A DNA stretch of 64,000 bases, from positions 2,927 to 66,926 of the forward strand of contig JAGGSB010000087.1 of assembly GCA_021159305.1 (NCBI GenBank), read 5' to 3'. Below the pieces are notes generated by a model that worked only from the letters and a program-made list of their open reading frames with translations, searched no databases and had not been told where the DNA came from. The stretch comes from Deltaproteobacteria bacterium (lineage in GTDB: Bacteria; Campylobacterota_A; Desulfurellia; JAGGSF01). The position numbers were made by a program, and so were the translations under genes. Below, one piece after another: positions 9,625 to 22,231 of the stretch; positions within the stretch are counted from its first letter, which is position 1, and each line of letters starts with the position of its first letter.

Positions 9625-10934
9625 TTTTTAGCATCGGCAGTTTCAGCAAAGAAACAGTGCGGACTGGCACTGGTGATTTCTAAAGCAAAAATCTTTTTTA
9701 TTGCCTCTATGTAAAGATCACCTTCAGGATGATTGAGAAAATCTTTTATGTTCTGCGTGGGCTCATGTAAAAGCTTATTGAGCACAGACTTAGTCATAGC
9801 CCCTATCAACATCTTATCCTTGTCTTCTATTCTATTTCCTAATTTTTTATACAACTTTTCCAATTCCTGATTTTTCAAAACATCGATCTTTTCCCTCAAT
9901 TTTGCCACTACCAATTCAAAGTCTAATGACTCTGTATAGCTAATATAACTCTCTACTTCTTGCTCGATAAGTTTTTCTGCTTTCTGGGCATCAGCTTCTC
10001 TAAATTTAATTGCCTCATTCACTATATCCTTCAGCTCATCTATGTTATATACAAAAACCCCAGGAATATCGGCTACACCATCTTCAACATCTCTCGGCAC
10101 AGCTATATCCATGATAAGCAGATTTTTTACCTTCTTTTCCACATCTTTTCTAAATATAACGGGTAGTGGAGAAGCAGTAGATGTTATTACCATATCCACA
10201 TCATTTATAAATCTTCCTATTTCATTCAGTGAAATAGCTCTTGCTCCACAGCTAAAAGCTAATTCTCCTGCTTTTTTTGGTGTCCTATCAACAATGTATG
10301 CCACATTCGCCTGCCCCGCAAGAAGATATTTTAAGGATAGCTGAGCCATTTCTCCCACGCCAACTATCATCGCTTTCTTTCCCTCAATACTACCACCAAA
10401 AAATTCCCTAATCTTAATTACCGCCGCATAACTTATAGAAACAGGTTTTTCGCCTAACCGGGTTTCCCTTCTCACCCTTCTAGCCACACCAAAAGCCCTT
10501 CTCATCAGTCTGTTTAAGGAAACCCCAGATGTAGAAAACTCCACCGAACACCTATATGCTTCCTTCATCTGCCCTAAAATCTGCGGTTCTCCTACAATCA
10601 ATGAATCTAAACTAGACGTCACTCTAAACACATGCCTTATCGCTTCTTCATCCAATCTTGTGTAAATAAAGGGTGTTATGTTCTCTTTCGCTATACCCTT
10701 AAAATCCTGTATAAAATCCAGAGTATTACTTATACAAAAACAGGGGTCCTTAGTTGCTCCAATTATTTCTACTCTATTACAGGTAGAGAGAATCATTACC
10801 TCATCAATACTCTTTTGAGCATACAATTTCCTCAACGGTATATCTATATTCTCGGCATCAAAAGAGAGCTGTTCTCTTAATGAGAAAGGGGATGTCTTAT
10901 GATTCAGCCCTACAACAAATATTACACGTTTCAT
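9621..10934 (-). CDS. hemA: glutamyl-tRNA reductase
   Basis: 437 aa. ILSTCNRVEI catalytic Cys motif, NADPH-binding GVGEMA, C-terminal dimerisation helix. Confidence 0.9.
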   Translation of the reverse strand: MKRVIFVVGLNHKTSPFSLREQLSFDAENIDIPLRKLYAQKSIDEVMILSTCNRVEIIGATKDPCFCISNTLDFIQDFKGIAKENITPFIYTRLDEEAIRHVFRVTSSLDSLIVGEPQILGQMKEAYRCSVEFSTSGVSLNRLMRRAFGVARRVRRETRLGEKPVSISYAAVIKIREFFGGSIEGKKAMIVGVGEMAQLSLKYLLAGQANVAYIVDRTPKKAGELAFSCGARAISLNEIGRFINDVDMVITSTASPLPVIFRKDVEKKVKNLLIMDIAVPRDVEDGVADIPGVFVYNIDELKDIVNEAIKFREADAQKAEKLIEQEVESYISYTESLDFELVVAKLREKIDVLKNQELEKLYKKLGNRIEDKDKMLIGAMTKSVLNKLLHEPTQNIKDFLNHPEGDLYIEAIKKIFALEITSASPHCFFAETADAKK

Positions 10935-10935
10935 A

Positions 10936-11907
10936 CTAATGTTCTCTATTTACCGAATAATCTATCAACGCCTCCAGAACTTCTCTGAATGGTGAAATTT
11001 CCATAAAACTTATCGCTTTCTTTGCCCGCTCAGCATAATCTTCTGCTTTTTTTAAACTATACACAATACCACTCCTCTCCTCTACTAATCGCTTTATCTT
11101 TAACAGGTTTTCTTTTTTCGCGTCAGATTTTTCCAATTTTCTCACTGCATCCATCAGATCTCCATCATCATTATGTAAGCTGTGTATTAAAGGTAAAGTT
11201 GCCTTACCTTCTCTTATATCCTTCATCGTCTCTTTTCCCATCTTTTCCTCGGTTCCCATATAATCTAATACATCATCATAGATCTGAAATGCAATACCTA
11301 AATTTTTCCCCATCTCAGAGAATAAATCTATTCTCTCCTTGTCACAACCGGAGAATATTGCTCCTACAACGCTACTTGCTTCAATTAAAATACCTGTCTT
11401 CATATATATTATCTCTAAATACTCTTTCTCCGTCAGTTCCGTTTTTCCCGTATTTTCTATCTCTTTTGTTTCTCCCTCAGAAAGAGTATAAGCTGCCTCT
11501 GATATTTTTTTGGCAATTTTCTTGTCATAGTCTAAAACCACATTATAAGCCAAAGAATACATATAGTCACCGGCGAGAATAGATGCTTCATTCCCAAACA
11601 AGCGGTTAGAAGAGATAACCCCTCTGCGCACATCAGCTTCATCTATCACATCATCGTGCAACAACGATGCAGTATGCACCAGTTCCATAATCGCTCCCAA
11701 CCTGTATAATGGTGTCATATCCCCCTCATAGTTTGAACATAGAGCAGAATAAACAACCAATAATGGTCTCAACCTTTTCCCTGTTTTAATTGTCTGGTTA
11801 AAAACCTGCCGAGTAAGAGAAGATTGGGGGACAAACATCTTATACAACTGTTCATTTATCTTTTTAGTGTGCGTAGATATAATTTTTTTTAACCTATCTT
11901 TATCCAT
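10936..11907 (-). CDS. trans-polyprenyl diphosphate synthase (IspB-like; hepta/octaprenyl, quinone side chain)
   Basis: 323 aa. First and second Asp-rich motifs LLHDDVIDEADVRRG and FQIYDDVLDY. Confidence 0.8.
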   Translation of the reverse strand: MDKDRLKKIISTHTKKINEQLYKMFVPQSSLTRQVFNQTIKTGKRLRPLLVVYSALCSNYEGDMTPLYRLGAIMELVHTASLLHDDVIDEADVRRGVISSNRLFGNEASILAGDYMYSLAYNVVLDYDKKIAKKISEAAYTLSEGETKEIENTGKTELTEKEYLEIIYMKTGILIEASSVVGAIFSGCDKERIDLFSEMGKNLGIAFQIYDDVLDYMGTEEKMGKETMKDIREGKATLPLIHSLHNDDGDLMDAVRKLEKSDAKKENLLKIKRLVEERSGIVYSLKKAEDYAERAKKAISFMEISPFREVLEALIDYSVNREH

Positions 11908-11911
11908 ATTA

Positions 11912-14287
11912 CTAAACCAAAGACACTCCTACTATTACATCTCCTTCTTCCAATTTCTGCAATCTAACACCTAAGGCTACGCGAGAAAGTTTCTTTACAT
12001 CTTTTGTATCTATGCGTATAACCCTACCCTTATTCGTTATAATGATTAAATTTTTCCCTTTTACGTCCGGCAACACCTCCACAACATATCCGCCTTTCTC
12101 TACATTTGTGCCCTTCACCCCTCTACTACCTCTATGTGTTTTTCTTATCTTATCTATAGATATCTTTTTACCATAACCTTTTTCTGTAACTAAGATAATA
12201 TTCTCATAACCTCTACAAGCAGAAATCACCTTATCCTCGCCTATTAATCTCATTCCTATGACACCCCGAGCACCTCTTCCCATCTCCCTCACATCACCTA
12301 CATCAAATCTTCCTAAAAAACCTTTGTGAGTAGAGGCAAGTATATCTCCCTTGTCTATATTAAATACCTTAACTACAAAATCTCCTTTTTTTAATGAGAG
12401 TGCTATCTTTCCGCTTTTACCTCCATCTAAAAGAGATACTTTTGTCTTTTTTATAATTCCTTGTTCTGTAATAAATACAAAATATGGCGCTTTTTCTTTC
12501 TCTAAAGAAACAACTGCCCTGATTTGTTCGCCCTCTTGTAGGTTTATTATGGTGGACATAGGCTTGCCCTTGCCATAGAAGGTTGCCTCTGGAATAAGAT
12601 ATGCTTTTAAGGTAAATACCCTGCCATAGTTGGTAAAAAAATATAATAAATCAAGATTGTTCGCCGAGACAACAAGATAACCCACATCATCTGCTCTTAA
12701 TGCCTCTTTTCTTCCCTTTCCCCCTCGAGCTTGAGGAATAAAACTACTTGCAGGAATTCTCTTTACATAGTCTCTCCGAGTACAGGTTATAACAACCTCT
12801 TCTGGTTTTACTATATCTTCAAGACTTAAAGCCTTCTCGCTCTCTTTTATCCATGTTCTTCTATCATCTCCGTATCTCTTCTTAATATCCAAAAGCTCAT
12901 TGGCTATTACTTTATACAGTTCATCTTCCCGAGAGAGAATTTTTTTATAATAAGCAATGTCTTTTAATAAAGAGGCGTGTTCCTCCTGTATTTTTTTTCT
13001 CTCCAATGAAACCAAACGAGAGAGCTTCATATCCAATATCGCTTGAACCTGCAATACAGAAAGGGCAAATTTGGCCATCAACCTTTCTTTCGCCTCAGAT
13101 GTAGTCTTCGATGATTTTATAATCTTCACTACTTCCTCAATGTTGTTGCAGGCAATTTCCAAACCCTCTAAAATATGCGCTCTTTCCTCGGCTTTCTTTA
13201 AAAGAAATTTAGTCCTGCGTGTTACGCAAATCTTTCTATGTTCTACAAATATTCCAATTAAGGCCTTAAGCGTAAGAAGTTTAGGTACTCCCTTATCCAA
13301 TGCCAGCATATGAATGCCGAATGTCGTTTCTAATGATGTAAATTTATAAAGTCTATTCAAGAGCACGGATGTGTTTTCTCCCTTCTTTGGCTCAATCACA
13401 ATTCTTATACCTTCCTTGCTGGATTCATCTCTCAAATCTAATATTCCTTCAATTCTGTTTTCCTTTATTAGATTTGCAATGGATTGTACCAAAATGGATT
13501 TATTCACAGAAAATGGTATCTCGTAAATGACGATGCGTTTTTTCTTCCTTTCTTCCTCTATCTTTACCTTCGCTCGCACCTTTATTTTTCCATTTCCCGT
13601 ACTATACGCATCTCTGATACCATCCTTGCCTACAATGATGCCGCCGGTGGGAAAATCCGGTCCTTTAACAAATTCCATTAATTCACGGTCCTGTAGTTCA
13701 CCCTTTCTTTCTATGTAAAAGATTGTGGCATCTATAACCTCTCTCAAATTATGAGGAGGCATATTACATGAATAACCTACAGCAATACCTGAACTACCAT
13801 TAATCAAAAGATTCGGCAAGGATGATGGAAGTATCACCGGTTCCTTTAATGTATCGTCATAGTTGGGACGAAAATCCACCGTATTCTTATCTAAATCTCT
13901 TAACATCTCTTCAGTAATATTCAATAGGCGTGCTTCTGTATAACGCATAGCTGCCGGTGGATCACCGTCTATAGAACCAAAATTCCCCTGACCATCTATC
14001 AAAGGATACCTTAAAGAGAAATTTTGAGCCATACGCACCAAAGCTTCATATACCGCAGTATCTCCATGAGGATGATATTTTCCTATCACATCACCTACAA
14101 TACGAGCGCACTTTCTATGTGGCTTACTATGTGTAAAACCGAGTTCATGGCAAGCATATAAAATTCGCCTATGCACAGGTTTTAAACCATCACGAGCATC
14201 CGGGATTGCTCTGCCTACGATAACACTCATTGCATAGTCCATATAGGATTCTTGTAGGTTTTCTTTTATATCTATTAATTGTTCCAT
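11912..14287 (-). CDS. gyrA: DNA gyrase subunit A
   Basis: 791 aa. N-terminus [27 protein letters not shown] with active-site Tyr region. C-terminal beta-pinwheel repeats. Confidence 0.95.
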   Translation of the reverse strand: MEQLIDIKENLQESYMDYAMSVIVGRAIPDARDGLKPVHRRILYACHELGFTHSKPHRKCARIVGDVIGKYHPHGDTAVYEALVRMAQNFSLRYPLIDGQGNFGSIDGDPPAAMRYTEARLLNITEEMLRDLDKNTVDFRPNYDDTLKEPVILPSSLPNLLINGSSGIAVGYSCNMPPHNLREVIDATIFYIERKGELQDRELMEFVKGPDFPTGGIIVGKDGIRDAYSTGNGKIKVRAKVKIEEERKKKRIVIYEIPFSVNKSILVQSIANLIKENRIEGILDLRDESSKEGIRIVIEPKKGENTSVLLNRLYKFTSLETTFGIHMLALDKGVPKLLTLKALIGIFVEHRKICVTRRTKFLLKKAEERAHILEGLEIACNNIEEVVKIIKSSKTTSEAKERLMAKFALSVLQVQAILDMKLSRLVSLERKKIQEEHASLLKDIAYYKKILSREDELYKVIANELLDIKKRYGDDRRTWIKESEKALSLEDIVKPEEVVITCTRRDYVKRIPASSFIPQARGGKGRKEALRADDVGYLVVSANNLDLLYFFTNYGRVFTLKAYLIPEATFYGKGKPMSTIINLQEGEQIRAVVSLEKEKAPYFVFITEQGIIKKTKVSLLDGGKSGKIALSLKKGDFVVKVFNIDKGDILASTHKGFLGRFDVGDVREMGRGARGVIGMRLIGEDKVISACRGYENIILVTEKGYGKKISIDKIRKTHRGSRGVKGTNVEKGGYVVEVLPDVKGKNLIIITNKGRVIRIDTKDVKKLSRVALGVRLQKLEEGDVIVGVSLV

Positions 14288-14288
14288 C

Positions 14289-17751
<3,463 letters not shown>

Positions 17752-17877
17752 GTTTTCTCCTATTATTCTTACTATAGTATTTATTAAAAAGATAGTAGTT
17801 GTAGTAAGGGGGGTTATTTTTGTTTAAATATATTTTTAATTTGTTAAATATGGGATTGTTATTGTTTATAAATATGT
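17752..17877. promoter_or_regulatory. dnaA-dnaN intergenic AT-rich region; candidate oriC segment / DNA-unwinding element
   Basis: 126 bp and extremely AT-rich, with short direct repeats (tgtttataaatatgttcataaatgtttatttt). Canonical position of oriC in many bacteria. No clear TTATCCACA boxes seen. Confidence 0.35.
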
Positions 17878-19167
17878 TCATAAATGTTTATTTTTTGACA
17901 TAACGGGTAAATTTTTTTCTAAATTTTCTATTTCATGTCTAAAAACTTCATCTTTTTGTATTGAATCTTCTATTTTTTTAACAGCGTGGATAATTGTTGC
18001 ATGACTATTTATGTTAAATTTTGATTTAATTTCCGATAGAGAGTGGTTAGTTAGTTTTCTTATTAGATATATGGCAATTTTTCGCGGCTTAATAATTTCT
18101 TTATTTCTTTTACGGGACAACATATTATCTAATGTAATATGGTAGTTGTCGGCGATAGCTTGTTGAATATTCTCCATGCTTAATTTTTCTTTTTTATAAG
18201 CAATCTCTTCGCTAAGAACATTTTTTGCGAATTCAAGGTCTATAGGGTGCTTTATAATTGAGGAGTAGGCACCGATTTTTATAAGTACACCTTCTATTTC
18301 TCTCACATTTGTATCTATATATTTTGCTAAAAGGTTTATTACATCATCACTTATTTCTATATTATTAAATTGTGCTTTTCTTTTAATAATAGCTATTCGT
18401 GTTTCAAGCTCTGGTGGCTGGATATCCACAATAAGCCCCCAGTTAAATCGTGATTTTAATCTATCTTCTATATCAGGAATAAGAGCGGGGGGATTATCTG
18501 AGGTAATCACAATTTGTCTTTGTCCTTCGTATAGTGTATTAAATGTGTGAAAAAACTCTTCTGCTGTTCTCTCTTTGCCAGAGATAAATTGTATATCATC
18601 TATAAGAAGTAAGTCTATGTTTCTATATTTATTTCTAAACTCTAACATTGTCTTGTTTTGAATAGATGTGATGAGTTCATTGGTAAATTCTTCACTGGAA
18701 ATATAAATAATATTTAAATTATCGTTTATGTTATAGGTGTGGTTATAAATGGCATGCAGAAGATGTGTTTTTCCTAAACCCACTCCGCCGTATATAAACA
18801 GTGGATTATAAGCTTCACCAGGATGTTCGGCTACAGCATAACTGGCGGCATAGGCTAATTGATTATTGGGGCCAACTACAAAATTGTCAAATGTATATTT
18901 TCTACTAATATTATCCTTCTTTTTATTTTGTTTCCTTGTATACTCACTATTTTTTATCTTTATTTTTACCTTTTTACCTTTTATTTTCTCTAATATTTTT
19001 TCCATCATATCTAAGTAGTGATTTTCTATCCATTTTTGTACAAAAAGATTAGGGACAGAAAAGACAAAGTCTTCCCCGTCAATTTTTTTCTCTGTAATTT
19101 GTGATATCCACACATCACATTCCTTCCCGTATTGCTTGTATAGTTCGTCACACAATTTATCCCACAT
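17878..19167 (-). CDS. dnaA: chromosomal replication initiator protein DnaA
   Basis: 429 aa. AAA+ Walker A GGVGLGKTHLL, sensor motifs, C-terminal HTH DNA-binding domain. Confidence 0.95.
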   Translation of the reverse strand: MWDKLCDELYKQYGKECDVWISQITEKKIDGEDFVFSVPNLFVQKWIENHYLDMMEKILEKIKGKKVKIKIKNSEYTRKQNKKKDNISRKYTFDNFVVGPNNQLAYAASYAVAEHPGEAYNPLFIYGGVGLGKTHLLHAIYNHTYNINDNLNIIYISSEEFTNELITSIQNKTMLEFRNKYRNIDLLLIDDIQFISGKERTAEEFFHTFNTLYEGQRQIVITSDNPPALIPDIEDRLKSRFNWGLIVDIQPPELETRIAIIKRKAQFNNIEISDDVINLLAKYIDTNVREIEGVLIKIGAYSSIIKHPIDLEFAKNVLSEEIAYKKEKLSMENIQQAIADNYHITLDNMLSRKRNKEIIKPRKIAIYLIRKLTNHSLSEIKSKFNINSHATIIHAVKKIEDSIQKDEVFRHEIENLEKNLPVMSKNKHL

Positions 19168-19376
19168 GTTTTTAGATTATATATTTTTGGTGGGTTTTTT
19201 TCAAGCAAGTGAATTGCTGTAAAAATCGGAGTTTTTACGGCAATGATTATCCTTATTAAGAAAATAAGGAGACAATCTGTGGGGCTAACTGCCGTTCATA
19301 TTAAGTATAAAAAAGGGAAGCAGATCCTGGCCCCATCATCCATTAGATAGACAATGGGGCCTCTGGTAGAAGGGTT
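19168..19376. promoter_or_regulatory. dnaA upstream leader/promoter region with GC-rich hairpins and DnaA-box-like elements; alternative oriC segment
   Basis: 209 bp non-coding. Contains TGATTATCC (7/9 match to TTATCCACA) and AAACCCACCAAA on the minus strand, which resembles the Thermotoga 12-mer DnaA box AAACCTACCACC. Also palindromes ccttattttcttaataagg and gtaaaaactccgatttttac, and a GC-rich stem-loop. Confidence 0.35.
19329..19361 (-). terminator. possible terminator hairpin after the cytochrome operon (GGCCCCAT/ATGGGGCC stem, 17-nt loop)
   Basis: Perfect 8-bp GC-rich stem 16 nt after the cytochrome c stop codon. The U-run (CCCUUUUUU) lies only ~14 nt further downstream, so it is not a textbook intrinsic terminator. 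Confidence 0.3.
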
Positions 19377-19682
19377 TTATTTCTTTAGAGTATTCGTATA
19401 TGCATTTACATCTGCCAACTCTTTTTCCGTCAGCTTACCTTTCAACATCTTCATCTGTGCTTCTTTGCCTATCCATTCTTTTAATTCCTGCACAGTATAA
19501 GTTTCTCCCTTAAAGAGTTTTGTTAATTTGAATGGTTTAGAACCATCTTTACCGTGACAAGCCTTACACATTCCTTTTCCATTATAGATCGCTTTACCAG
19601 CACCTACATCTTGAGCAAAACTCAAAGAGGAAGCACCAGCTACAAACAACACTGCCGCTGCTAAACAAATGAACTTTTTCAT
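19377..19682 (-). CDS. monoheme c-type cytochrome (class I), periplasmic
   Basis: Single CKACH heme-binding motif. I place the start at the internal ATG at 19680-19682 because a perfect AAGGAGG lies 5 nt upstream of it. That start gives the signal peptide MKKFICLAAAVLFVAGASSLSFA. The ORF-track start at 19730 lacks an SD. Confidence 0.75.
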   Translation of the reverse strand: MKKFICLAAAVLFVAGASSLSFAQDVGAGKAIYNGKGMCKACHGKDGSKPFKLTKLFKGETYTVQELKEWIGKEAQMKMLKGKLTEKELADVNAYTNTLKK

Positions 19683-19731
19683 AAAAACCTCCTTGGATGT
19701 TTTTACGCTCAAATCTTTAATTTGTGTCATT

Positions 19732-20922
19732 TTACTTCACCTCCTTTACACTTTTTTTCTCCCACGGATCTAGAAATAAAGAGAAAATGATCATCAAGAT
19801 AAATGGTAGAATTAAAAGACAAATACCTACACCCACACCTTCATGTGTTCCAAATACCTCCGTAAAATGGAATGTTCCCAACAAACTGCGAGAAAGTTCC
19901 TGTCCCCCTATAACCACATTCCATCTCATCAAAAAAACAGAACCTAAAACAAATAACGATGCAATAAGCATTAATCCTTGTCGTAGGTGCTTTTTGGACC
20001 ATGGTATTATCCACTCCAAGAATATAAGAATAATAAACGGAACACCTGAGCCGATGATTGCTTGTCCCCATACATAACTACCCATTAGCTCATTTTTTAT
20101 AAGATCTTTTATGGGCATTGTTGCTTCTATGTGTGCATAGAATATTTGTAATATTTCCAATCCCTCAAATGCTAAATCAACAATTATAAAGCCAAATAAC
20201 AGCTGAATAAAGGAATTTAAAGTTTTGTGATTCATTGGTTCTCTTTTTATAATCACACAGCAGATCCAATAAAGTACATACATCATCGCTACACCAGACA
20301 CTACTGCCGAAAGCAAGAATATGAATGGCATTAACGGAGATGCCCACCAGTGATTTGCCTTTATTGAACCAAAGATAAACCCTACATATCCGTGCAAGAA
20401 ACAGGCTGAAGGAATGCCAATAATGGCTAATATATGAGCGACCTTGTGAACAGTTTTCAGTGCCTTCTCAGAAACATCATGTGAACCCAATAACAATATC
20501 CGTAGGATAAATCTACGGAAAGATGGTTTTTTACTTTCTGCGCCTTCTACAATTTTTTCTCTAAAGTTGAACCATATTTCCAGAAGCAATATAAATAAAT
20601 ACCATAGATATACGAAACCAAACCCAGCCATGGCAGAAGTAAGATGCGGAGTCATAAATATTTCAAATCCTCTTAAGTGATGTGTTAAGTGAAATTCAAG
20701 GGGCATTGCACAAACAAGAAGAAAACCCAACGAACAGATTAAAGCAAGTCTTGATACAGGCTTAAAGTTTTCATCATGAAATACTTCATAGAATGCAGAA
20801 ACAACGAATGCTCCCGCCACCAATCCTGTTATATAGGGGTATATAACCAGCATGAAGCTCCACTGAAACCAACCCTCATTGGGATAAATAAACCCTTTTA
20901 TAAGACTCAAATCTACTGGCAT
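19732..20922 (-). CDS. NrfD/PsrC-family polytopic membrane quinol-interacting subunit
   Basis: 396 aa, ~8-10 predicted TM helices. Length and hydropathy match the NrfD/PsrC/ActC/HmcC family. Start overlaps the upstream FeS gene stop (TAATG). GGAGGTG SD. Confidence 0.75.
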   Translation of the reverse strand: MPVDLSLIKGFIYPNEGWFQWSFMLVIYPYITGLVAGAFVVSAFYEVFHDENFKPVSRLALICSLGFLLVCAMPLEFHLTHHLRGFEIFMTPHLTSAMAGFGFVYLWYLFILLLEIWFNFREKIVEGAESKKPSFRRFILRILLLGSHDVSEKALKTVHKVAHILAIIGIPSACFLHGYVGFIFGSIKANHWWASPLMPFIFLLSAVVSGVAMMYVLYWICCVIIKREPMNHKTLNSFIQLLFGFIIVDLAFEGLEILQIFYAHIEATMPIKDLIKNELMGSYVWGQAIIGSGVPFIILIFLEWIIPWSKKHLRQGLMLIASLFVLGSVFLMRWNVVIGGQELSRSLLGTFHFTEVFGTHEGVGVGICLLILPFILMIIFSLFLDPWEKKSVKEVK

Positions 20923-21683
20923 TATCTCACCTCCGAATTAATCCCGTTATATTCAACCCTCGCTTCACAACCCATATCGGGTTTCAACTCACTGACTCTA
21001 TATTTCTCAACAAATTTACTTATGTCGCTGTTTTTATCTTTCAGGTCACCAAATATTCTCGCTTCTACCGGACAGGCTTCCACGCAAGCTGGGTTCAATC
21101 CTTTTGTAATACGGTGGTAACACCAGGTGCACTTATCCGCACATCCTACTTCATCGTTCATATATCTTGCACCAAAAGGACAGGCCTCTATGCAATATCT
21201 ACAACCAATGCAGTAATCGTTGTCTACCAAAACCACACCATCCTTGGTCTGATATGTCGCTCCTACTGGACATACCTGGACACAAGCAGGAACTGCACAC
21301 TGATTGCATAGTTTAGGCACAAAAAAGGCTTTTGAAACCTCTTTTTCTTTGTATTTATCAGGAAAGCTGTCATATCCTCCATTCGGTGAATCAACCTTTG
21401 GTTTTTCTTCACCTTTAAGGTACACATACCTTTCCACCCAGCACCGAAAATGATATGGATCTTTTGGAACATCATTTTCCTCTTTGCACGCTCTCACACA
21501 AGACCCGCATCCTATACACTTAGTAGAATCTATACCAAAGCCCCAATAATGCTTAGACCAATCGTATCCTTTTAACCAATCTTTTTCTTCCTGTGCAGAT
21601 GCAGAAGGTTTCAATACAGTGAGATAAACACCAGCGGCTAAGGTAATTGTTCCTGTTGCTTTTATAAAATCTCTTCTTTTCAT
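20922..21683 (-). CDS. Tat-exported 4x[4Fe-4S] ferredoxin-type subunit (NrfC/PsrB/ActB2-like)
   Basis: Twin-arginine signal MKRRDFIKATGTITLAAG...ASA. Four Cys clusters (CIGCGSCVRAC, CNQCAVPACVQVCP, CIGCRYCIEACP, CTWC...CVEACP). ATG at 21683 is 5 nt after AGGAGG. The track start at 21689 is a GTG overlapping the SD. Confidence 0.8.
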   Translation of the reverse strand: MKRRDFIKATGTITLAAGVYLTVLKPSASAQEEKDWLKGYDWSKHYWGFGIDSTKCIGCGSCVRACKEENDVPKDPYHFRCWVERYVYLKGEEKPKVDSPNGGYDSFPDKYKEKEVSKAFFVPKLCNQCAVPACVQVCPVGATYQTKDGVVLVDNDYCIGCRYCIEACPFGARYMNDEVGCADKCTWCYHRITKGLNPACVEACPVEARIFGDLKDKNSDISKFVEKYRVSELKPDMGCEARVEYNGINSEVR

Positions 21684-21692
21684 TTCCACCTC

Positions 21693-22167
21693 CTATTTAT
21701 AAAATGCAGGTTTGTGAGTATTTGTATGACAGGTTGTACATGCCATGCCGGGAAAATGAGCCTCTGGTCCTTTCAATGTTATCTGTGGCATACTCTTTGG
21801 CTTTGAAGGTAACATTTCATGACAATACATACACTGTTTGGTTACATCTGGTATCTTGCAACCATGAGAAAGAACAACTCCTTCCTTAGGATGGGCTACC
21901 CCAAGACCATGACAGGCTTCACATTGCAAATCCCTATGAGCACTTGACGGTTCCTTGGAACACAAATCATTGTATTCCTGCTCGTGACAGGTTTTACAGG
22001 CCTCCTTTCCTACAAGTTTTGTTGGAATGTTCAGCTGTTTGGATATATTAGCTGCTCTATAATGACCAAACACACCCATACTTTTCGGTTTGGTGAGACT
22101 TTTCAGAGCGACATAAGCTACAACAATAATAAGCACAATCAAAAAGACTCTTGCTGTCCAACTCATT
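21693..22167 (-). CDS. membrane-anchored tetraheme cytochrome c, NapC/NirT/NrfH family
   Basis: Four CxxCH motifs (CKTCH, CEACH, CMYCH, CTTCH) after one N-terminal TM helix. Length ~158 aa matches NrfH/NapC. ATG at 22167 is preceded by AAGGAGG. The track start at 22196 is a GTG with no SD. Confidence 0.7.
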
Positions 22168-22196
22168 CCCAACCTCCTTTTTACAAAATTATTCAC

Positions 22197-22225
22197 ATTA
22201 TAAATGAAATATCAAAAGTTGTAAA
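22197..22225 (-). promoter_or_regulatory. sigma70-like promoter for the cytochrome/FeS/NrfD operon
   Basis: Minus strand reads TTTACA, a 17-nt spacer, then TATAAT, ~30 nt upstream of the SD/ATG of the tetraheme gene. Confidence 0.4.
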
Positions 22226-22231
22226 TAAAAA

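Noticed and set aside
19026-19208. 60-aa ORF spanning the dnaA start codon, plus dozens of other 60-130-aa ORFs lying antisense or out-of-frame within long genes (e.g. 642-899, 926-1327, 11022-11582, 53550-54128)
   Set aside because: They are fully embedded in, or overlap, strongly supported conserved genes. They have low-complexity, AT-codon-driven composition and no SD or motif support. They are treated as spurious.
19260-19345. Possible SRP (4.5S/ffs) RNA because of GGGGC...GCCCC closing stem and a GGGAAGCAG motif
   Set aside because: The stretch between the stems is only ~55 nt. It lacks the conserved domain-IV apical motifs (GUCAGG, the GNRA loop and the symmetric-loop pairing). The internal loop is an unstructured A/U run. 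It is therefore treated as an unassigned hairpin region.
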